From NCBI GenBank assembly GCA_002713205.1, contig PAVW01000006.1, positions 30,001 through 62,000 of the forward strand: a DNA stretch of 32,000 nt, in the 5' to 3' direction. Positions 15,760-25,334 of this stretch are shown here, one piece after another. The position numbers and the translations under genes were made by a program. Every line of letters starts with the position of its first letter. The first letter of the stretch is position 1. The notes beneath the pieces were generated by a model. The model searched no databases. It saw only the letters and a program-made list of their open reading frames with translations, and had not been told where the DNA came from. The DNA comes from Nitrososphaerota archaeon. Its GTDB lineage: Archaea; Thermoproteota; Nitrososphaeria; Nitrososphaerales; UBA57.

Positions 15760-16239
15760 CTAATCAGATACACTATATTTTCCACGATAATAAATTAATG
15801 GTTTAGAATTTTTGTTTAGACCTAACTTAATAACTCTACCAACAAAAATATGATGATCTCCTGATAAAAAAACAGAATCAACTTTACAGTCAATAAAAGC
15901 TAAAGCATTAATTAAAACCGGAGATCCACTAGTCCTATATTTCCATAGGTCATCATCAAATCTATTTTCCTTAGTTTTTGGATCGGCAAATTTTTGGCTA
16001 AGATTTTTTTGTTTATCAGTTAAAATATTCACAGTAAAAATTTTACTTTGTTTAATAAGTTTATAAGATTCAGCTTTAGTGTCAATACAAATTAAAACTA
16101 ATGGAGGTGTTAAAGAAACGGACGTGAAAGCATTAACTGTTAAGCCATGAATTCTTCCATTTAATGAAGTTGTAACAATGGTCACTCCTGTAGCAAAACA
16201 TCCCAAAACAGTTTTAAATTTTTTAGAAGTAATAGGCAT
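15760..16239 (-). CDS. Flavin reductase-like FMN-binding domain protein
   Basis: 159 aa. FATGVTIVTT...GLTVNAFTSVSLTPPLVLICI is the characteristic flavin reductase-like domain core. Confidence 0.75.
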   Translation of the reverse strand: MPITSKKFKTVLGCFATGVTIVTTSLNGRIHGLTVNAFTSVSLTPPLVLICIDTKAESYKLIKQSKIFTVNILTDKQKNLSQKFADPKTKENRFDDDLWKYRTSGSPVLINALAFIDCKVDSVFLSGDHHIFVGRVIKLGLNKNSKPLIYYRGKYSVSD

Positions 16240-16324
16240 GAATTGGTATTATATTCGATTAATTACAATATATATTTAAACAATTCAGGAAACTTTTTCT
16301 CGAAGATTTACCTAATATCATAAA

Positions 16325-16552
16325 ATGACTCAATGTGTAAAATGTAATTATGATAAAAAAGGCATAGAATCACTCGTTTTTCAAGGTGAAATCTGGAATA
16401 AGATAAGGAATAACATATGCATGGACTGCTGGAGCGAATGGGAAGATGATATGCAAATGAAAGTAATGAATGAATACACCTTAGACTTATCAAATAAACA
16501 ACATAGAAAATATTTAACAGAGAAAATGAAAGAGTTTTTAAGTTTAAATTAA
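16325..16552 (+). CDS. yggX: YggX-like Fe(2+)-trafficking / oxidative-damage protection protein
   Basis: 75 aa, collinear with E. coli YggX as I remember it (C near position 7, W-x-x-W, NE-x-x-L-x-x-x-N-x-x-HRK-x-L-x-x-x-M-x-x-FL). Here that reads VKCNY...CWSEWEDDMQMKVMNEYTLDLSNKQHRKYLTEKMKEFL. Confidence 0.7.
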   Translation: MTQCVKCNYDKKGIESLVFQGEIWNKIRNNICMDCWSEWEDDMQMKVMNEYTLDLSNKQHRKYLTEKMKEFLSLN

Positions 16553-16553
16553 T

Positions 16554-18836
16554 TCATTGTAATATTTGTTTACGTAAAACATTAAGAGCTGAACCTTCTT
16601 TGAACCAGTTGATTTGAGATTTAGTGTAAGTATGTTTCAACAAAAGTTTTTCGTGAGTTTTATCTTGATGTTTAACTATAGCTTCTAGATTTTGATTTTC
16701 ACTAAAGTGTTCAAGATCAAGGATGTCAATCAAATCATTTTCTTGAATAACATCATAATTATTTTCATTAACAAATGTAAGAGTTAAAATTCCTTGTTTT
16801 TTAAGATTTGTTTCATGAATACGGGCAAAACTTTTTGCAATAACTACTGTACAGCCAAGATAACGAGGAGACATTGCAGCATGTTCCCTACTGCTCCCTT
16901 CACCATAATTATCTTCACCAATAATCATCCAAGAGATTTTATTTTTCTTATAATATCTGGCAATAGAAGAAAATGCTTCAATATTTCCTGTAATTTGATT
17001 TTTACCCATACCAATGGAATTATGAAAAGAATTTGCAGCACCAATCAATAAATTATCACTAATGTTATCTAGATGACCACGAAACTTCAACCAAGAACCT
17101 GCTGGAGATATATGATCTGTTGTGCATTTACCTTTTATTTTTCCTAAAATGATTAAATTAGAATAATTTTTACTGTTCCATGAATCAAATTGGTCTAAGA
17201 CCTGCAACCTTTTACTATTTTTAGCGATGAGTATTTCAAATTCTGATTTATTAGATTGTGGAGGTATATACAAATCACTAGACCAAACAAACCCGTTTTT
17301 TGGTATATCAGAAACCGGAGGAGGCGGTTTTAATTTAAATTTAGAACCATCATTAGCAATGAGATAATCTTTAGTTGGATTGAATGATAATCGACCTGCA
17401 AGAGATAATGCAACTACTATTTCAGGACTAGCCATGAAACTCATAGTTTCTCTACTGCCATCATTTCGCCCAGGAAAATTTCTATTAAAGGATGTAAGAA
17501 TAGTATTTTTCTGATTTTTTATTTCAGGTCTATTCCATTGACCAATACAAGGGCCACAAGCATTAGCAAGTACAGTAGCGCCAATTGATTCAAGATTATA
17601 CAATTGCCCATCTCGTTCAATTGTAGCTCGAATTTGTTCTGAACCAGGGGTAATTAATAAAGGAACGGATGTTTTAATATTCTTATCAACTGCTTGTAGA
17701 GCTATGCTTGATACTCTTCCCATATCTTCATACGACGAATTAGTACAACTTCCAATAAGCCCAACTGAAATTTCATCAATATAATCATTAGTACGGACAT
17801 CATCAGCAAGTTGAGAAATAGGGCGAGCTAGATCAGGAGTATGCGGGCCAACAACATATGGTTCAAGATCAGATAAGTTGATTTCAATAACCCTTTTAAA
17901 ATATTTGGTAGGATTATTTTCAATTTCTTTGTCAATAGTAAAAAGATTATAATATTTATTGATAAGATTAGAAATTGATTTTCGATTTGTGTGATTAAGA
18001 TAATTTATCATGGTTTCATCTAAAGGAAAAATAGAAGAAGTAGCACCAATTTCAGCTCCCATATTTGTAATAGTTGCTTTACCAGTGCAGCTAATTGATT
18101 TTGTTCCAGGACCAAAATATTCAATAATGCAATTTGTTGCACCTGAAACAGTTAAGATAGATGTGAGATATAGAATTATATCCTTAGGAGAAGTCCAGCC
18201 ATTTAATTCACCAGTCAGATATACACCAATTCGCTCAGGATACAAAATTTCCCAATTAAATCCTGCCATAACTTCGGACGCATCTATACCTCCTACACCA
18301 ATACCCATCATTCCTAAACCACCAGAATTTGGTGTATGTGAATCGGTGCCAATAATTAGACCTCCAGGAAATGCATAATTTTCAAGTAAAACTTGATGTA
18401 TTATACCAGCACCTGGTTTCCAAAATCCGATACCAAATTTCTTAGATGCTGATTCAAGAAATTTATACACTTCATTGTTTTCAAAAAGAGCTCGTTTGAT
18501 ATCAGAGCTAGCTGAGACCTTAGCCTGAATTAAATGATCACAATGTAGGGTAGTAGGAACTAATACTTTAGAAAGTTTAGATTGCATAAATTGTAAGAGA
18601 ACCATCTGCCCAGAAGCATCTTGTAATGCTACTCTGTCAGGTTTTATAAATATATAATCGCGACCAGGGGTAAGAGAATCAAATTTAGGTTCAGATAAAT
18701 GTCCAATAAAAAGTTTTTCAGCAAGTGTAAGTGGTTTGGAATCATATTCTTGAAATTTCTGAATATTTAATTGTATTTTATCGTAAATCCCTTTAATTAA
18801 TGATATAGGAGTCATATCTTGCATTTTACTAATCAA
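16554..18836 (-). CDS. acn: Aconitate hydratase (760 aa, mitochondrial-type size class)
   Basis: PDRVALQDASGQMVLLQF, GTDSHTPN, cluster ligands GSCTNSSYEDM and NACGPCIGQW, and a C-terminal swivel domain with GEDNYGEGSSREHAA. Confidence 0.9.
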   Translation of the reverse strand: MISKMQDMTPISLIKGIYDKIQLNIQKFQEYDSKPLTLAEKLFIGHLSEPKFDSLTPGRDYIFIKPDRVALQDASGQMVLLQFMQSKLSKVLVPTTLHCDHLIQAKVSASSDIKRALFENNEVYKFLESASKKFGIGFWKPGAGIIHQVLLENYAFPGGLIIGTDSHTPNSGGLGMMGIGVGGIDASEVMAGFNWEILYPERIGVYLTGELNGWTSPKDIILYLTSILTVSGATNCIIEYFGPGTKSISCTGKATITNMGAEIGATSSIFPLDETMINYLNHTNRKSISNLINKYYNLFTIDKEIENNPTKYFKRVIEINLSDLEPYVVGPHTPDLARPISQLADDVRTNDYIDEISVGLIGSCTNSSYEDMGRVSSIALQAVDKNIKTSVPLLITPGSEQIRATIERDGQLYNLESIGATVLANACGPCIGQWNRPEIKNQKNTILTSFNRNFPGRNDGSRETMSFMASPEIVVALSLAGRLSFNPTKDYLIANDGSKFKLKPPPPVSDIPKNGFVWSSDLYIPPQSNKSEFEILIAKNSKRLQVLDQFDSWNSKNYSNLIILGKIKGKCTTDHISPAGSWLKFRGHLDNISDNLLIGAANSFHNSIGMGKNQITGNIEAFSSIARYYKKNKISWMIIGEDNYGEGSSREHAAMSPRYLGCTVVIAKSFARIHETNLKKQGILTLTFVNENNYDVIQENDLIDILDLEHFSENQNLEAIVKHQDKTHEKLLLKHTYTKSQINWFKEGSALNVLRKQILQ

Positions 18837-18913
18837 TATTAAATTTTAATATCTAGTTAAAATAGTTTCCTTGATAGCAATTCGAGTAAAGGTTAAAAGA
18901 AAAAACCAGTATT

Positions 18914-19039
18914 ATGGTTATTATGAATATTGGAGAATTTTTCGGCTTTATTAATAATTCATTAATTATGCTTTTCATAATTTCAATTGTTTTAATTTTT
19001 GTCTATGAATATCAATCTAATAAAACTGAGAAAATTTAG
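18914..19039 (+). CDS. Possible 41-aa single-TM small protein upstream of the helicase gene
   Basis: Translated by hand and absent from the ORF track: MVIMNIGEFFGFINNSLIMLFIISIVLIFVYEYQSNKTEKI. One hydrophobic helix. Its stop lies 8 nt before the lhr ATG. There is no homology evidence, and it could be a chance ORF. Confidence 0.2.
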   Translation: MVIMNIGEFFGFINNSLIMLFIISIVLIFVYEYQSNKTEKI

Positions 19040-19047
19040 ATGAATAT

Positions 19048-21795
19048 ATGCAAAATAATGATATAGAAAAGAAAATCATTTCACAATTTACAAAAATTGG
19101 ATTTGTTAATTTAACAAATATACAAAAACAATCATATTCAATTATTAGAAAGAAAAAAAATCTATTGTTAGTAGCGCCTACAGGATCTGGAAAGACCGAA
19201 GCTGCAATTATTCCAATTATTGTTGAAATCATCAACAACAGGCCAGAGAAGAATAAAGTAAGTGTATTATATATCACTCCATTAAGGGCATTAAATAGAG
19301 ATATTTTTGAGAGAATAATTAAGTATACGAAATTAGAAGGCGTAACAGCAGAAGTAAGGCATGGAGATACAACAAGAATACAAAAACGTCGAATGATTGA
19401 AAATCCACCTGATGTATTAATAACTACACCTGAAACACTTGCAATTCTTGTAACAAATAAATCTACAAGAGTAATTTTGTCGTCAGTTAAATGGACAATA
19501 ATTGATGAATTTCATGAACTAATTGGAAATGAACGCGGAACACAGTTGACATTATCATTAGAACGATTACAAAAATTAAGCAGTAACAAAATTGTAAGAA
19601 TTGGTTTATCAGCTACACTAGGCGATGTTAATAATAGTTTAAAGCTTTTATCTGGAAATAATAATAAATATTTCTCAGAAGCAATTATAGACAGTACCGT
19701 AAGAGAATATGATATAGAAATAAAATATTTGAATGGAAATTTAGTTGATTTATCAAATTTAGTCTTAAAATATGTATTAGAAAAAAGAAAAACTACACTA
19801 TTATTTACAAATACCAGAGTGGAGGCAGAAGCTATCGGGTCGATATTAAAGGCAAAATCACCAGAATTTCCAGTTGAAGTGCATCATGGATCTCTAGCTA
19901 AAGAAGTAAGAGAAAATACGGAATTAAAACTAAAAAGTAATGAACCAGTTCTGGTAGTATGTACATCTTCCCTTGAATTAGGTCTAGACATAGGTAGTAT
20001 TGATAGTGTTATTCAATTAGGTTCGCCAAGACAAGCTATCAAGCTTATTCAGAGAATTGGAAGAAGTAGACATAAAGTAGGGCAAACAGCAAAAGGCATC
20101 ATATTTACAAATAAAATAGACGATGAAATAGAATCACTTGCTCTTGTTAATCGAATTAAGGATAAAGATTTAGAATCTATTTCAATGCATGAGAAATCAC
20201 TGGATGTTTTATCACATCAAATAACGGGCATGGTAATGGAAAATGAAAATTCCAATATAAATGACGTGTTTTTTATAGTAAAAAACGCATATCCATTTCG
20301 AAATATCACTAAAGAAGAACTTGTTGAATGTGTTATATTTTTACAAAAACACGGAATAATAGGATTTAATGGGGAAAAAATGTGGAGAAGAAGTAGAATA
20401 TTTGAATATTATTATCAAAACATCTCCACAATACCAGATTCACTTCAATTTACTGTTAGAGACATTACGAAAAAGAAAATCATTGGAAGATTAGATCAAT
20501 TATTTGTAGGCGAATATGGTGAGCCTGGAAAAACATTCATATTGAAAGGAAATTCTTGGCGAATCATATCCATAGATGACGAAAAAAAGATAGTTCATGT
20601 AGAACCAATTTTTACAGATATAACAAATATACCTCATTGGATAGGAGAACTTATTCCTGTAGACTTTGGAACTGCACAAAGAGTTGAAAAATTAAGAGAA
20701 GAAATTTTTAACCAGAAAATAAATACAAGCCCTGAGCAAAAAGAAAGAATTGTAAAGACATTTAATGCATTAAATGTCATTCCCAATAATCAAAATATCA
20801 TAATAGAAAAAAATGTAAAAAATAAATCAGTCATATTACATTGTTGTTTTGGTTCAAAGATCAATCAAACTATTGCAACTTTATTATCTACAATAATTTC
20901 TTCAAAAAGCGGTGTTTTAATTGACGCAAAAACAGATCCATATAGAATTTTATTATCATCACAAGGACTGATTTCTGAAAATAATATTGAAGATGCAATT
21001 ATAAACGAAATTGAATTAGAAGAGATATTAAAGGTGGCAATAGTCGGATCACATCCACTTAATTGGAAAATTTGGCACGTATCGAAAAGGTTTGGAGTAA
21101 TAAAAAAAGAAGCAGAATATGATAGACGAGCGGTTAAACTTATTCAAAAAAGGTATAAAAATACACCATTATATAAAGAAGTCATAAGAGAATTAATTTT
21201 AGAAAAATACGATATGGTGAATACTAAAAAAATTCTCCAAAAAATAAGGCAAAATAAAATTAAAATAATTTTTAAATCAATCAAGGAGTTCACACCTCTG
21301 GCAAAACCAATCTTAGAGCATGCTTCGACATTTGCAGCTCTTCCATTAACTGTTGAAAAAAGTATAATAGATCTTATAAAAAAAAGACTTGAAGAAACAA
21401 ATAATAAATTAATGTGTATAAGTTGTGGAAAATGGGAAACCGTGATAAAACCAATCAATATAAAACAAAAAAATATGGGATGTAAAATATGTAAATCTAA
21501 ATTAATAACTCGTACATTTGTAACAGATTATGATCTTTTAAAAATCATAAATAAAAAGAAAAAGGGGAAACAACTAACTGATTCGGAAGAAATATCATTT
21601 AAAAAAGCATGGAAAGTTTCATCATTAATTCAACATTTTGATAAAAAAGCTATTATTACGCTATCAGGATTTGGAATAGGACCTGTTACAGCAGCCAGAA
21701 TATTACGCAATACGTTTTCAGAAGAAGATTTATTTAAAAAAATATATGTTGCAGAAAAACTTTATGTAACTACAAGAGGGTTTTGGAAAGAATAG
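19048..21795 (+). CDS. lhr: Lhr-type ATP-dependent (DEAD/DEAH-box superfamily 2) helicase
   Basis: 915 aa. Motif I APTGSGKTEAA, motif II DEFHEL, motif III LSATLG, motif VI QRIGRSRH. Long C-terminal domain with a zinc-ribbon-like CISCGKWE...CKICKSK. Confidence 0.85.
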   Translation: MQNNDIEKKIISQFTKIGFVNLTNIQKQSYSIIRKKKNLLLVAPTGSGKTEAAIIPIIVEIINNRPEKNKVSVLYITPLRALNRDIFERIIKYTKLEGVTAEVRHGDTTRIQKRRMIENPPDVLITTPETLAILVTNKSTRVILSSVKWTIIDEFHELIGNERGTQLTLSLERLQKLSSNKIVRIGLSATLGDVNNSLKLLSGNNNKYFSEAIIDSTVREYDIEIKYLNGNLVDLSNLVLKYVLEKRKTTLLFTNTRVEAEAIGSILKAKSPEFPVEVHHGSLAKEVRENTELKLKSNEPVLVVCTSSLELGLDIGSIDSVIQLGSPRQAIKLIQRIGRSRHKVGQTAKGIIFTNKIDDEIESLALVNRIKDKDLESISMHEKSLDVLSHQITGMVMENENSNINDVFFIVKNAYPFRNITKEELVECVIFLQKHGIIGFNGEKMWRRSRIFEYYYQNISTIPDSLQFTVRDITKKKIIGRLDQLFVGEYGEPGKTFILKGNSWRIISIDDEKKIVHVEPIFTDITNIPHWIGELIPVDFGTAQRVEKLREEIFNQKINTSPEQKERIVKTFNALNVIPNNQNIIIEKNVKNKSVILHCCFGSKINQTIATLLSTIISSKSGVLIDAKTDPYRILLSSQGLISENNIEDAIINEIELEEILKVAIVGSHPLNWKIWHVSKRFGVIKKEAEYDRRAVKLIQKRYKNTPLYKEVIRELILEKYDMVNTKKILQKIRQNKIKIIFKSIKEFTPLAKPILEHASTFAALPLTVEKSIIDLIKKRLEETNNKLMCISCGKWETVIKPINIKQKNMGCKICKSKLITRTFVTDYDLLKIINKKKKGKQLTDSEEISFKKAWKVSSLIQHFDKKAIITLSGFGIGPVTAARILRNTFSEEDLFKKIYVAEKLYVTTRGFWKE

Positions 21796-21796
21796 A

Positions 21797-22768
21797 ATGA
21801 AAAGGAAATCTTATTGCATATCACATGGAAAAGACGTAGATGGAATAGCATCAGCATCGCTGGTTAAAATGGTCACTAAATCAACTGTGTATCTTGTCAA
21901 TTATGATAAAATAATCAAAGTGTTGAGTAGTATTGATGATAATTCCGAGGTATATGTTTGTGATTTAGGTATGAATGATTCAATTGCAGATGACTTCATT
22001 AATGAATGTAAAAGAATAACTAAAAAAGGTCATTTGACTTACATAGACCATCATATTCTAAAACCAAATATTAAACGTAAACTTATAGAATCAAATATTA
22101 CTCTAGTACATTCGAGAAAAGAATGTGCAGGCGTTCTAACATATGAACATTTAAAAAAATCACTGCCAAGAGGCGCATCGATATTAGCATGTTATGCAGC
22201 AATAACAGATTATTTAGATAATCAACCAATTGCAAAGAGCCTAATAAGCAATTATGATAGGCAATTAGTTTTATTTGAATCAACTATGTTAGCATACGCA
22301 TTTGCATATAGTGGTGCAAGACAAAAATTTGGCAATCAAATTGTAGATGAATTTCAGAATCTAAAATTTCCACATGAAATAAAAGATGTTGCAGAATTAG
22401 CAAATAAACAAGCTGAAAAAATGAAGGAGGTTATGGAAAAGATAAAGAAAGATGCCAAATATTATAGAAATTTTGCATGTATGGAATCAAATGAATCAAC
22501 CATAGGATTAGTTGCCAATTTGATAATTGGGGAATTAAATGTTCCAGTGGGATTTGCATATAAATATAATTCGAATGGATACTATGAAATGTCTTTTCGT
22601 GCAAAATATGATTCGAAGGTAAATTTAGGTCAAATAGTTTCAAAAATAACTACTAAGATTGGCGGAATGGGAGGCGGGCATAATAAAGCCTGCGGGGCAA
22701 GAATACCTGAAGAAACATTTGATGATTTTATTAAATTATTTAAGAGAGAATTGAATAAAACAAATTAA
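21797..22768 (+). CDS. DHH/DHHA1-family phosphoesterase (NrnA/RecJ-like)
   Basis: 323 aa with motifs DVDG, CDLG, IDHH and a DHHA1-type GGMGGGHNKACGA. Its ATG lies 1 nt after the lhr stop. Confidence 0.8.
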   Translation: MKRKSYCISHGKDVDGIASASLVKMVTKSTVYLVNYDKIIKVLSSIDDNSEVYVCDLGMNDSIADDFINECKRITKKGHLTYIDHHILKPNIKRKLIESNITLVHSRKECAGVLTYEHLKKSLPRGASILACYAAITDYLDNQPIAKSLISNYDRQLVLFESTMLAYAFAYSGARQKFGNQIVDEFQNLKFPHEIKDVAELANKQAEKMKEVMEKIKKDAKYYRNFACMESNESTIGLVANLIIGELNVPVGFAYKYNSNGYYEMSFRAKYDSKVNLGQIVSKITTKIGGMGGGHNKACGARIPEETFDDFIKLFKRELNKTN

Positions 22769-22786
22769 TTTAAACAAAAAACAATA

Positions 22787-24118
22787 TCAAGGAGCAGGTT
22801 TAATAAATTTATTTCGCATCTGGTTTTTTGTTATGTTTCTAGATCGAGTTATAATATTCAGAGCATTTTCATAAATTTCTGTTTTGTCTAGTCGTATTTG
22901 AGCAATCCCTTCCTCAATTGCCTTCATTCCAACGGCTGCGGCTTCTCTTGCATATACTTCAATTTCATTCATATTAGGAATTATTTTATTTTCAGTTAAT
23001 CCTTGTTCTTCGGCATAAGAAGCTAGTTCGTAAGCTGCGGCTAAACACATAGAATCTGTAAGTTTTTGGGCACGAACGTCGAGTGCTCCGCGAAATAATC
23101 CAGGAAAACCAAGAGAATTATTGACCTGATTTGCAAAATCAGATCTTCCAGTAGCAATAATTGCAGCACCTGCAGTTTTAGCATCCCAAGGCCAAATCTC
23201 TGGAACAGGATTAGCACAAGCAAAAATAATTGGATTATCAGCCATATTTTTAATCCATGATGGTTTAATAACATCAGGGCCAGGTTTTGAAAGAGCTATA
23301 CATACATCAGATCCTTGTAATGATTCAGGTATTCCACCATCAAGTTGGTCTTTATTGGTTTGCTGAGCAATATTCCATTTAATTTTGTTCTCTTGTAAAT
23401 CTTCTCGTTGTAAATTTATAATTCCACGACTATCAACAACTACAACATTCTTAATATCCATTCCAGCTTTTTCCAATAATCGAACTAGTGCAACATTAGC
23501 AGCACCACTACCAACAAGACTAATTTTCAATTTGTTAAATTTTTTATTGACGAATTTTGCAGAATTAATTAGCCCTGCAATTACAACTAGTGCAGTACCT
23601 TGTTGATCATCATGCCATACAGGTATCGGAAGAGTTTGTTGTAATTCAGACAATATATCAAAACATTTCGGGCTTTCAATATCTTCAAGATTAATACCAC
23701 CAAAAGTAGGAGCTATAATCTTACAAAATCGGATTATTTCATCTTTATCTTTTGTATCTAACATTAGTGGCACAGCATCAACACCGCCAAGATATTTGAA
23801 TAATAATGATTTACCTTCCATAACAGGTAGACCTGCTTCTGGACCAATATCACCTAATCCCAATACACGTGAGCCATCACTAACTATGGCCACAGAATTT
23901 CCTTTATTAGTATGTTCAAAAACTTGTAATTTATCATTACTAATGTTTTTACAAGGCGCTGCAACACCTGGAGAATACCAAATTGCAAAGTCGTCGAATG
24001 ATCTTATAGGACATTTTACCATAGTTTCAATTTTTCCTTTATAATATGGGTGTAAAAGTAACGCATCTTCACCAGGTTTTTGGGCTTTTTTTTCTAATTC
24101 TTTTTTAGTTTTTTCCAA
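22787..24118 (-). CDS. NAD(P)-dependent malic enzyme (malate dehydrogenase, decarboxylating)
   Basis: 443 aa with YSPGVAAPC, SDGSRVLGLGDIG, INLEDI and the dinucleotide fold LVGSGAANVAL. This is the short malic enzyme type without a PTA domain. Confidence 0.9.
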   Translation of the reverse strand: MEKTKKELEKKAQKPGEDALLLHPYYKGKIETMVKCPIRSFDDFAIWYSPGVAAPCKNISNDKLQVFEHTNKGNSVAIVSDGSRVLGLGDIGPEAGLPVMEGKSLLFKYLGGVDAVPLMLDTKDKDEIIRFCKIIAPTFGGINLEDIESPKCFDILSELQQTLPIPVWHDDQQGTALVVIAGLINSAKFVNKKFNKLKISLVGSGAANVALVRLLEKAGMDIKNVVVVDSRGIINLQREDLQENKIKWNIAQQTNKDQLDGGIPESLQGSDVCIALSKPGPDVIKPSWIKNMADNPIIFACANPVPEIWPWDAKTAGAAIIATGRSDFANQVNNSLGFPGLFRGALDVRAQKLTDSMCLAAAYELASYAEEQGLTENKIIPNMNEIEVYAREAAAVGMKAIEEGIAQIRLDKTEIYENALNIITRSRNITKNQMRNKFIKPAP

Positions 24119-24231
24119 TATATCACTAATAATTATTATTTTTTTTTAGATTTATTCTTTATGTAGGTAACTCTATCTGAAAATATAGAAAAGAATTATA
24201 GAGAGAAATAGATAATGAAGATGAACAACAG

Positions 24232-25254
24232 ATGAAAATAGCGATAATTGGATTAGGTGTTGCAGGTTCATATTTACTACATACTCTAAGTTCTGAACAT
24301 GAAGTTAAGGGATTTGAGATGCAAAAAGAAGGACAATTCGATGCGGTTTGTGCTTGGGGCGCATCAAAAAGTGAAATGAAGAAAATATTTGCGAGAATTA
24401 ACATTAATTTTGATAATTATATCTTTTTCAATGGTAAAAATATTCATTTGGATTTAAAGGGAAAAATAAGAAAAATAGGGTGTAAAGGATTAATAACTTA
24501 CAATAAACATCAATTAGAATTAGATTTAACCAAAGGACTTGATGCAAATTATGGAATAAGAATAACACCTGAAAACTTTTCAGTTGATGAATATGATTTA
24601 GTAATAGACGCAACAAGTCTGCAAAGAGTTATGTTACCAAAAGTTAAAGATCAACTTCTTGTACCTTGTGTAGAATATATGGTAGAATATGACAAGCCTC
24701 CATATGATGATTTCTATGTAAAACCGTTTAGCACAGCAAGTGGTTATTTTTGGTATTTTCCATTAAATGGAAAAATTGCATATGTCGGCGCAGGTGATTA
24801 TTATAGGAAACACATGGAAGAACTAAATAAATTTAATAATAAACACGGAGGCAAAATACTAAAAAAAATTGGACGGCCAATTCGTTTATCGTCACCAGAA
24901 TCGTGTCAACCATTTACGAAAGGGAATGTAGTTGGTGTTGGAGAAGCTATTGGAACTGTATTTCCATTAATAGGTGAAGGAATAATCCCCAGCTTACAAT
25001 GTGCAGAATTATTGAAAAAAAATATTAATAATATTCCTCAATATATAGAAGATGTAAAAAAAGAATTCAAAGTGTATTCAGATGTTTTCAGAGTTATTAA
25101 ATTAAAAATGAACAATAACCTCAATCCATACAATTTCATTCTAAATTCAGGTTCTATTTGGAAGACTTATCGTACAATGAGGAAGCAAGAAGAAAGGTTC
25201 GGTCTTGAAGTTAAAATGAAAGATATGGCAGAGATACTATTAACACAGTTGTAA
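24232..25254 (+). CDS. FAD-dependent oxidoreductase, geranylgeranyl-reductase-like family
   Basis: N-terminal MKIAIIGLGVAGSYL dinucleotide-binding fold. SGYFWYFPLNGKIAYVGAG and GVGEAIGTVFPLIGEGIIPSL resemble the GGR-family core motifs. Substrate is unknown. Confidence 0.55.
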   Translation: MKIAIIGLGVAGSYLLHTLSSEHEVKGFEMQKEGQFDAVCAWGASKSEMKKIFARININFDNYIFFNGKNIHLDLKGKIRKIGCKGLITYNKHQLELDLTKGLDANYGIRITPENFSVDEYDLVIDATSLQRVMLPKVKDQLLVPCVEYMVEYDKPPYDDFYVKPFSTASGYFWYFPLNGKIAYVGAGDYYRKHMEELNKFNNKHGGKILKKIGRPIRLSSPESCQPFTKGNVVGVGEAIGTVFPLIGEGIIPSLQCAELLKKNINNIPQYIEDVKKEFKVYSDVFRVIKLKMNNNLNPYNFILNSGSIWKTYRTMRKQEERFGLEVKMKDMAEILLTQL

Positions 25255-25334
25255 GATTTATATCGAAGGTATTTCTATTGTAGGTTGTTAAACAATGATA
25301 CATGATAAAAATTATGTAGTAGGTGTTAATTTAA

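Noticed and set aside
16308-16493. 61-aa minus-strand ORF overlapping the YggX-like gene
   Set aside because: The plus-strand frame aligns along its whole length with the YggX family. The minus-strand product has no recognisable features.
16794-18378. Plus-strand ORFs 16794-17051 and 18010-18378
   Set aside because: They are antisense to the aconitase gene, whose frame contains all Fe-S ligand and substrate motifs.
21144-24616. Assorted 60-104-aa ORFs antisense to or out of frame with lhr, the DHH gene, malic enzyme and the FAD oxidoreductase (e.g. 21144-21458, 22098-22283, 22431-22643, 23041-23274, 23385-23606, 23796-24044, 24159-24404, 24428-24616)
   Set aside because: Each overlaps a longer ORF with clear family motifs, and none has independent support.
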